From: Candidatus Altiarchaeota archaeon
GTDB lineage: Archaea; Altiarchaeota; Altiarchaeia; IMC4; SCGC-AAA252-I15
Assembly: GCA_043804895.1 (NCBI GenBank)
Contig: JAZDIN010000047.1
Location: forward strand, 1 to 21,411
DNA: 21,411 bases
Direction: 5' to 3'
Part shown: one piece after another, positions 15,303 through 21,411 of the stretch
Layout of the letters: the number at the start of each line of letters is the position of its first letter
Numbering within the stretch: position 1 is the stretch's first letter
Notes under the pieces: generated by a model
The model's input: only the letters and a program-made list of their open reading frames with translations
Database searches by the model: none
Told to the model about the DNA's origin: nothing
Made by a program: the position numbers and the translations under genes

Positions 15303-15821
15303 CTAACACACCGCCTTCTTCACAGCATCGATAATGTCCTTCTCCTCAGCAATCTTAGCCTTACCCTCCTCAATCCTGGGTCCGACGAAGACAACTCCCG
15401 CGCTTTCCAGTCTAACGATGTTTTCAGCGACGAACGGGTTCTCGTACATGCTCTGGTGCATCGCAGGAACTATTATAACCTTCCTATCGCATCCTAGGGC
15501 GGTCGCAGCCATGGTCGTGACTGTTGTGTCATCTATCCCTGAAGCTATCTTGCTTATCGTGTTTGACGTCGCAGGCGATATCAACAGGACGTCGGCTTCC
15601 CCTTCTGTCCCGAGGAGGCGGACATGCTCCACCATCCCAGTTATCTTGGTTATCACCCTATTCTGGGAAGCCCACTCCAGGACATACGGGTGGAGGATGC
15701 AGCGCGCTGACTCAGACATCACGCACTCAACCTCAAAACCTTGCCTTACAAGTTCCCGAACAAGCTCAGGAGTCCTGACTGCAGCGACGCTCCCGCACAC
15801 GCCAACGACGATTTTAGCCAT
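15303..15821 (-). CDS. coaC: Stand-alone phosphopantothenoylcysteine decarboxylase-like flavoprotein (HFCD family)
   Basis: KIVVGVCGSVAA, EHVRL, SPATSNTISKIASGIDD, VPAMHQSMYENP and archaeal-type PRIEEGKAK. The start was moved to ATG 15821. There is no CoaB domain. Confidence 0.8.
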   Translation of the reverse strand: MAKIVVGVCGSVAAVRTPELVRELVRQGFEVECVMSESARCILHPYVLEWASQNRVITKITGMVEHVRLLGTEGEADVLLISPATSNTISKIASGIDDTTVTTMAATALGCDRKVIIVPAMHQSMYENPFVAENIVRLESAGVVFVGPRIEEGKAKIAEEKDIIDAVKKAVC

Positions 15822-15869
15822 AATACTAGCTAATTTATAGTGCAACGGGTAATATTAATGTGGTTTAAC

Positions 15870-16784
15870 GTGGACAGTAAAAAGCTCATCGAAGACATAT
15901 TAAAGCTCAAGAATGACAGGAACGCTGTCATACTGGCCCACAACTACCAGGTGCCTGAAGTCCAGGACATCGGAGACTTCGTCGGAGACAGCCTGGAGCT
16001 CGCCAGGAAGGCGAAAGAGACTGACGCCGAAGTCATCGTATTCTGCGGAGTGGACTTCATGGCCGAGACTGCAGCGATAATCAACCCTCAAAAGACCGTC
16101 CTAATGCCTGCATGGGATGCCCTATGCCCCATGGCGGCCATGCTCCCCCCAGAGGTCATCAGGAAGGCCAGGGAGGAGTATCCCGAAGCTGAGGTCGTCA
16201 TGTACGTCAACACCTTAGCGGCTGCGAAAGTCTACGCTGATTGCATCTGCACCTCAGCTAACATAGTCAAGGTCATCAACAGCATGGACTCTGACACAAT
16301 CCTCTTCGCACCTGACAAGAACATGGCATACTACGTCTCGAAGAGGACTGACAAGAAGATAATAGCAGTACCCCGCTATGGCATATGCGCTGTCCACAAC
16401 AACATCAAACTAGAGGACGTGGAGGGGGCTAAGGCAGTTCACCCGAAGGCGAAATTGACCGTGCACCCGGAGACGCCGCCGGAGGTGCAGGAGATGGCCG
16501 ATTACATCGGCAGCACAAAGCAGATGATAGAGTACGTTAGAGAGAACGATTCAAAGGAGTTCATAATAGGCACTGAGGTGGACATAATACACCGGATGAA
16601 CAAGGAGGCGCCTGGGAAGAAATTCTACCCCTCATCTGATAAGGCAATCTGCAAAAACATGAAAAAAATAAACCTCCTAAACATCCGCGAATCGCTGGAG
16701 AAGATGCAACACCGAATCGAGGTGCCTGAGAAGATAGCAGACGGCGCAAGGAAGGCGATACAACGGATGCTCGATTTGAAATAA
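15870..16784 (+). CDS. nadA: Quinolinate synthase
   Basis: ILAHNYQ, GDSLEL, FCGVDFMAE, CPMA, YVNT, CTSAN, CAVH, HPE and CKNMKK. The likely start is GTG 15870, with ATG 15858 as the alternative. Confidence 0.97.
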   Translation: MDSKKLIEDILKLKNDRNAVILAHNYQVPEVQDIGDFVGDSLELARKAKETDAEVIVFCGVDFMAETAAIINPQKTVLMPAWDALCPMAAMLPPEVIRKAREEYPEAEVVMYVNTLAAAKVYADCICTSANIVKVINSMDSDTILFAPDKNMAYYVSKRTDKKIIAVPRYGICAVHNNIKLEDVEGAKAVHPKAKLTVHPETPPEVQEMADYIGSTKQMIEYVRENDSKEFIIGTEVDIIHRMNKEAPGKKFYPSSDKAICKNMKKINLLNIRESLEKMQHRIEVPEKIADGARKAIQRMLDLK

Positions 16785-16786
16785 AT

Positions 16787-16804
16787 CGCAACCTGAAGGT
16801 TGCG
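16787..16804. repeat. REP-like palindrome just after the nadA stop
   Basis: CGCAACCT-GA-AGGTTGCG, with perfect 8-bp arms. Confidence 0.6.
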
Positions 16805-16892
16805 GTATTCCAAATACGCTCGAAATGTCAATCAGCCAAATAAACACGGGAGGTGCAAGCGAGTAGCTGAATATATCCCTCGCGTATTTGTA

Positions 16893-17279
16893 ATGAGTTT
16901 ATACAGTCGTGGTGCTGGTTTTGAAAGGCAGCTCGTCAGCGAATTCTGGGCTCGCGGGTGGGCTAGCCTGCGGGCTGCAGGCAGCGGAACCCGTAAGGAG
17001 CCCGTGCCTGACGTCGTCGCATTGAAGTGTGGGAGGATAATAATCGTCGAGTGCAAGACCACTAGGAAGGACCGGCTGAGCCTGAAGACGGCCATACTAT
17101 CCCTGGCTGAATTCACGAAAGTCTCAGGAGGGGAAGCCTACATAGCCATCCGCTTCTTCAGGCAAGAGCCGAGATTCTATGATATCAGAAACCTCATGGA
17201 AAAGGAAGACTACACAATCACAGACAAAGACGAGCACATGAGCCTCGACCAGATAACCGGGCAGCAGGAACGACTTTAG
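16893..17279 (+). CDS. hjc: Holliday junction resolvase Hjc
   Basis: RGAGFERQL, RAAGSG, PDVVA and IVECK (PD-(D/E)xK motif). The start was moved to ATG 16893. Confidence 0.93.
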   Translation: MSLYSRGAGFERQLVSEFWARGWASLRAAGSGTRKEPVPDVVALKCGRIIIVECKTTRKDRLSLKTAILSLAEFTKVSGGEAYIAIRFFRQEPRFYDIRNLMEKEDYTITDKDEHMSLDQITGQQERL

Positions 17280-17608
17280 ACGTACTTGCATTCCCTGCAT
17301 AGTCCGCCTTCTCGCCACCATTCCCTGAAGCAGACCCCGCACACGTATATGTCGAACGGCCTGACCTTTTTGGCTTTCAGCTTATGGCAGAACGGGCACT
17401 CGACCTTCTCGTCTTCCCCGACGCATATGTCGCAGAAAGTCTTCTTGCACTGCGGGCACTCGTAGAATGAGACCTTGAAGTCCGCGCCCTCCACCTGGTC
17501 CTCATAGACTGAGATGCACTCGAACCTCCCGCACTTCTCACAGTCGGTGCGGACATGAATCTTCTTGTGCTTCTTCAAAGGTCTGATGTGGTGTTTTCCC
17601 TCAGCCAT
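17276..17608 (-). CDS. Small multi-CxxC zinc-finger protein
   Basis: 110 aa containing CEKC, CPQC, CDIC, CPFC, CGVC and CREC. Confidence 0.7.
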   Translation of the reverse strand: MAEGKHHIRPLKKHKKIHVRTDCEKCGRFECISVYEDQVEGADFKVSFYECPQCKKTFCDICVGEDEKVECPFCHKLKAKKVRPFDIYVCGVCFREWWREGGLCRECKYV

Positions 17609-17636
17609 AATATACTATTGTGTTATCCTCTTAAAA

Positions 17637-18269
17637 CTAGAGCCTGTCTGTTATCCTAAACTCATCCCATAATCCGTCGCCGTATACGCCGTCCATGGGG
17701 TCCGTGTCCCCGAACATGAACGTTTCAACCCGGTTCTCCTTGATGTTGCAGGTCTTCTTCCATTCCCCGTCTATCATGACGTCATACTCCCCGTAATGCG
17801 GCCTGACGTTGATGGCTATGTCGCCCCATGTGTTCGGTTCAATTCTCCCTAAGAGCTCCCTCCTGCCGTTGACGACGCACACGAATCCGGACGCCCACTC
17901 AAGTCCTATGTCAATGTTCCTGTCCCGGTAGACTGTATAACCGTAGTTCTCTCTGTGGGGGACCATGAACTTGAATGACACGCTATAGTCCTTCGTGTAG
18001 TCCATGTCAAACTTCGGGGCTGAAGCGTAGGCTGACCTGAGTCCCTGGCTTCGCATCTCAACAGCCTTGTAGACTCTGAAGTTCTCCCTGTCTAAGACTC
18101 TTATGGAGCCGCCGCCGGCAGACTCGACGTCCCACCCCGTCAAATCCCCAGAACTGAAGTCTTCGCTGAAATACACTATCGGCTTCACCTCAGCAGGCTG
18201 CACGTTCTCCTGTTTACTCAAGCAACCGCATAAGAGAGTCAAGTAGACTAACAGGGCAAGCCAGCGCAT
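17637..18269 (-). CDS. Putative lipoprotein with beta-sandwich (ConA/LamG-like) domain
   Basis: Signal peptide with lipobox LLCGC, followed by FSEDFSSG...W, YSVSFKF, W.DIAINV...YDVMIDG and WDEFRI. Confidence 0.65.
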   Translation of the reverse strand: MRWLALLVYLTLLCGCLSKQENVQPAEVKPIVYFSEDFSSGDLTGWDVESAGGGSIRVLDRENFRVYKAVEMRSQGLRSAYASAPKFDMDYTKDYSVSFKFMVPHRENYGYTVYRDRNIDIGLEWASGFVCVVNGRRELLGRIEPNTWGDIAINVRPHYGEYDVMIDGEWKKTCNIKENRVETFMFGDTDPMDGVYGDGLWDEFRITDRL

Positions 18270-18319
18270 AATAAGGATTTATCAACAGTGTTTATAATGT
18301 GTGTGGTTGTTGCAAAGTC

Positions 18320-18541
18320 CTACTCAACCAGCCTGAGGAATTCCTCCTTCGACAGGCCAGTGCACTTTATTACTGCAAGTAATGTGCCCGTCTTAAGTTC
18401 ATCATGCTTCGGGACTGGAATCGAGTTCGAAGGGTCGGTCTTGTGGAGTATTATGTGGCTGCCTGATTGTCTTCGCACGGTATAACCGCGTTTTGTCAGG
18501 GCTTTAACGACATCCTTCCAGGATACTACTGGCATCTTCAC
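18320..18541 (-). CDS. hicA: HicA family toxin (mRNA interferase)
   Basis: DVVKALTKRGYTVRRQSGSHIIL...IPVPKHDELKTGTLLAVIK...GLSKEEF. Confidence 0.93.
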   Translation of the reverse strand: MKMPVVSWKDVVKALTKRGYTVRRQSGSHIILHKTDPSNSIPVPKHDELKTGTLLAVIKCTGLSKEEFLRLVE

Positions 18542-18542
18542 T

Positions 18543-18758
18543 TTACACTGCTACACTTAGGATGTCTGGTTTTCCAAGTTTTGAGATGTCAATTCCTTCG
18601 TCTTTAAGGTAGTCTAGATACAAGGCTATCACATCCCTAGCGTTCTCTAAGGCCTCTTTTTTTGTGTCACCCTCGGTGAAACAGTTGGGTAGGCCGATGA
18701 CCTGCACGAAATAACCCCCTTCAGGTTGCGGCTGTAAGGCCACCTTAAAATGTCTCAT
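18543..18758 (-). CDS. hicB: HicB family antitoxin (short form)
   Basis: PEGGYFVQVIGLPNCFTEGDTKKEALENARDVIALYL. The start was moved to ATG 18758. Confidence 0.92.
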   Translation of the reverse strand: MRHFKVALQPQPEGGYFVQVIGLPNCFTEGDTKKEALENARDVIALYLDYLKDEGIDISKLGKPDILSVAV

Positions 18759-18788
18759 GATAACTAATAGGTGTGTGTCCAATAAAAA

Positions 18789-20474
18789 CTACATCCTATC
18801 CGGCGCCTCTATGCCGAGCAGTCCAAGGCCTGTTTTGATTGTGTCACGTAGTTTCGCGACGAGCAGGAGCCGCCGGTTTCTAACCCCCCCTTCTGAGTCG
18901 AGGACCGGGCAATTCATGTAGAATCCGCCGTAGACTCCTGTCAGCTCAATGAGATATGACGCCACCAAATCCGGCCGAAGCTGTTTCGCAGCGTATTCCA
19001 CGACATCGCTGAATTCAAGGAGTTTTAGGACGAGCTTCTTCTCCTCCTCATCTGTTATGTCATAGTCAACGTCCTTTATCTCCTCCAAATCAACTCCGCA
19101 TTTTTCAATTATCCTACAGCTTCTCGCATGCGCGTATTGGACGTACGGTCCGCTGTCCCCCTCAAAGTTTAGCGCATCCTCCCACCGGAACGTTATCTGC
19201 TTGTTAGGGCTCGTCTTTGTTATGTGGAACCTCACCGCCCCGATGCCCACGGCCTGTGCAGTCCTATCATCACCTATCTTCCTCTTATCTACTTCTGCCT
19301 TAGCCTTTGATATGGCCTCATCCAAAAGCTCATCGACTGTGGCTATCTCGCCTTTGCGTGTTGAGAATTTTGTACCCTCGAAGCTTACGAAGCTGAAGTG
19401 AACTGCTTCGATAGGCGTATCAATCTTGAAAACCCCGGATAATATTGCCTTCAGCTCCTGGAATTCGAGCTTATGGTCTTCGCCGAGGACGTTTATGACA
19501 CGTTCACCTAATTTCACCTTCCTAAGGTGGTAAGCGACGTCCCGGGTCAAGTAAACGCTCGTCCCATCAGCCCTCGCCAGGACGCTCATGCCGCCCCTCT
19601 TGTCTATGCCATACTCCTCTAAATCCAAGCCCTCCCCCACCTCGCTCTTCAGATACCTGCTGTCCCTCCTCACATCATCCAACACCCTACCTACGCTGCC
19701 ATCATTGAGGAACTCGCTCTCATAGTCGAACACGTCAAACCTGATGCCAAGCCTGTTGAACGTCTCAAGCTGGCCTTGAAGGCACCTTTTCGCAACGGAA
19801 GTTATCCCCTCCAACGACTTCATGTCACCTGATTCCGCAGCCTTTATCATAGACTGCACACGCTCTTGGAATCCGACATCCCCCTCAAACCTCCGATTAG
19901 CTGCGACGTAAGTGAAGAATATATCATAATCCCCACGTCGGCCGTAACTGCCATAATTCGCCTTCAGTCCACTGTCCTGTTCAACCCCCCCTGTAATGCC
20001 TGCAGCTATTATAGCAACCTGCTTCCCGATATCGTTCACATAATAGTGAGTCTCAACATCATAACCCCAGAATCCGAGAATCCTCCTCAAACAATCACCA
20101 ATCAAACTGTTTCTGATGCGGCCGACATGCACTGGTCCGGTTGGGTTGACTGACGTATGCTCAAGGACCACTTTACCTTTCCTTTTGAAAGCTTCCCCGC
20201 CGGATAAAAGAACCTCAGTGACTCCCCTGTAGTCCAACTCGAAGTTGACGTACCCTCCCTCAGAGGTGGCTCCCCTGATGAACCTGTCTGGCTTAATTTT
20301 TGCCACAATCTCTGAGGCAATATCAGCAGGGTTCCTTTTCAGCCTCTTAGCAAGCTTGAACGCAACCGGGCTTCCGAAATCAGAAACAGGAGAGCTTACC
20401 AAATCCTCAGGCGATATCTCCTCGCTAGCAGCCTCACCTAAAACTCTCAATACGTGCCTCTTGACCTCTTCCAT
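18789..20474 (-). CDS. argS: Arginine--tRNA ligase
   Basis: EHTSVNPTGPVHVGRIRN (HIGH-equivalent), DGTSVYLTRDVAYH, KFSTRKG, GPYVQYAHAR and C-terminal LLGIEAPDRM. Confidence 0.98.
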   Translation of the reverse strand: MEEVKRHVLRVLGEAASEEISPEDLVSSPVSDFGSPVAFKLAKRLKRNPADIASEIVAKIKPDRFIRGATSEGGYVNFELDYRGVTEVLLSGGEAFKRKGKVVLEHTSVNPTGPVHVGRIRNSLIGDCLRRILGFWGYDVETHYYVNDIGKQVAIIAAGITGGVEQDSGLKANYGSYGRRGDYDIFFTYVAANRRFEGDVGFQERVQSMIKAAESGDMKSLEGITSVAKRCLQGQLETFNRLGIRFDVFDYESEFLNDGSVGRVLDDVRRDSRYLKSEVGEGLDLEEYGIDKRGGMSVLARADGTSVYLTRDVAYHLRKVKLGERVINVLGEDHKLEFQELKAILSGVFKIDTPIEAVHFSFVSFEGTKFSTRKGEIATVDELLDEAISKAKAEVDKRKIGDDRTAQAVGIGAVRFHITKTSPNKQITFRWEDALNFEGDSGPYVQYAHARSCRIIEKCGVDLEEIKDVDYDITDEEEKKLVLKLLEFSDVVEYAAKQLRPDLVASYLIELTGVYGGFYMNCPVLDSEGGVRNRRLLLVAKLRDTIKTGLGLLGIEAPDRM

Positions 20475-20498
20475 ACCTAATACCTATCCGCGTGAAAG

Positions 20499-20505
20499 TA
20501 TATAA
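20499..20505. promoter_or_regulatory. TATA box, probably shared by divergent argS and the 20530 gene
   Basis: TATATAA sits exactly at the centre of the 55-bp gap, 25-31 nt from both start codons. Purine-rich BRE-like GAAAG precedes it on the + strand. Confidence 0.55.
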
Positions 20506-20529
20506 CACCTGCTAAGGTAAATGTTGTAG

Positions 20530-21159
20530 ATGGTTGAAAAAGAAGAGGAGATACTCGGTGCCGCAGTCTTGTTCGCAACATTCCTGCTGTTTTTCCTCAT
20601 CATCCTATCCCCAGCATACTTCGTGAACGGCATATACAAAGTTGCAGAAGCCGTATCTCCAACATCAACGACAACATCTACGACGTCAACGACATCGACA
20701 ACAACTTCCACTACAGAATCCACTTCCACCACAACATCATCGACTGGCACGTCCACTTCAACCTCCACAGTCTCCACCACCTCATCCACTTCAACCACGA
20801 TGAGCGGCAGACGATGCTCCTCGGAATCAGAATGTGGCGGAGTGCAAAACGACTTCAAATGCAAGGGTAACAGCATCTACCGCTACACCACAACCTACGC
20901 GTGCAACAACCCTGATAGCCCGCAGTCACAATGCTTCGGCAGGACTCAGGTGAAGGTTGTCGAAGCCTGCGAAGAATACCAGCACTGCACCAACGGCGCG
21001 TGCGTGAACATATACTCCAACGACTGCGACTACAGGTGCGAGACGAGAGGCTACGAACTCTACTACTGCTCAGACGAATGCTCAGGCGACGACACCCAGA
21101 TAGTCCTGCGCGAAGAATGCTCAGAGGAAGAACCAGTATGCTGCTGCATAACGGAGTGA
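20530..21159 (+). CDS. Membrane-anchored surface protein with Thr/Ser-rich stalk and Cys-rich head
   Basis: N-terminal hydrophobic helix, a T/S tract of about 45 residues, and 16 Cys in the C-terminal region ending in CCC. Confidence 0.8.
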   Translation: MVEKEEEILGAAVLFATFLLFFLIILSPAYFVNGIYKVAEAVSPTSTTTSTTSTTSTTTSTTESTSTTTSSTGTSTSTSTVSTTSSTSTTMSGRRCSSESECGGVQNDFKCKGNSIYRYTTTYACNNPDSPQSQCFGRTQVKVVEACEEYQHCTNGACVNIYSNDCDYRCETRGYELYYCSDECSGDDTQIVLREECSEEEPVCCCITE

Positions 21160-21177
21160 ACGAAAGAAAGGGGCTAT

Positions 21178-21195
21178 GTGGGCTCGACCGGATTC
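21178..21195 (-). repeat. Duplicated 3' end of tRNA-Val (att-like direct repeat)
   Basis: GTGGGCTCGACCGGATTC at 21178-21195 is identical to 21264-21281. Confidence 0.85.
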
Positions 21196-21264
21196 CCGCA
21201 AGCCTTACGAGGCTCGCTTAATCCGGCGAGTATGTGATACACATTCGCTTCGGTTAGATACGAG

Positions 21265-21339
21265 TGGGCTCGACCGGATTCGAACCGGTGGTCTTCGCCT
21301 CGTAAAGGCGACGTCATAACCGGACTAGACTACGAGCCC
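21265..21339 (-). tRNA. tRNA-Val, anticodon TAC, intronless, CCA not encoded
   Basis: The minus strand reads GGGCTCG TA GTCTAGTCCGGTTATGAC G TCGCC TT-TAC-GA GGCGA AGACC ACCGG TTCGAAT CCGGT CGAGCCC A, a full cloverleaf. Confidence 0.97.
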
Positions 21340-21377
21340 TTCTTTTTGCTTTGGTTTGAGTATTATGTTTGGGTGGG

Positions 21378-21383
21378 TTTAAA
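21378..21383 (-). promoter_or_regulatory. Putative TATA box of tRNA-Val
   Basis: TTTAAA preceded by an A-run on the minus strand, about 40 nt upstream of the mature tRNA 5' end. Confidence 0.5.
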
Positions 21384-21411
21384 TTTTTGTTCTTTCTTTT
21401 TCGTGAACGTT

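Noticed and set aside
18718-18730. 13-bp match (CGCAACCTGAAGG, minus strand) to the palindrome at 16787
   Set aside because: It lies inside hicB, encodes the family-typical PQPEGG and lacks the second arm, so it is probably coincidental.
20655-20800. ACA/TCA/ACT-rich low-complexity tract as a CRISPR array or tandem repeat, and the antisense Val-rich ORF 20484-20876
   Set aside because: It is explained by Thr/Ser codons of the surface protein and has no fixed repeat-spacer period.
21178-21263. Split or permuted tRNA half
   Set aside because: The neighbouring tRNA-Val is already complete, only 18 nt are duplicated, and no BHB motif is evident.

Overview
Archaeal chromosomal window. Markers are TFB with Gar1, Hjc, an archaellin, a CTP-dependent riboflavin kinase, and archaeal-type ArgRS and CoaC. 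The gene set and the Thr/Ser- and Cys-rich surface protein suggest an Altiarchaeota/DPANN-like lineage, which is inference only. Housekeeping genes (carB, M42 peptidase, thyX, gar1, tfb, ribK/rbkR, AMMECR1, coaC, nadA, hjc, argS, tRNA-Val(TAC)) are interspersed with accessory genes: a DprA-like fragment, a vasohibin-like cysteine protease, PqqD, a SpeD-like proenzyme, a lone archaellin, a PlsC-like acyltransferase, an HEXXH protein and hicBA. The main non-coding signal is a 161-bp ORF-less element (14551-14711) between ribK and AMMECR1. It has IS200/IS605-type end hairpins and an almost fully base-paired multibranch fold, and removing it in silico at a repeated TGAT restores a normal AMMECR1 stop codon. 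Other highlights are the vasohibin-like protein with Cys-His-Ser motifs and an 18-bp duplication of the tRNA-Val 3' end enclosing a structured 68-bp spacer. All assignments come from reading motifs by eye; no searches were run.
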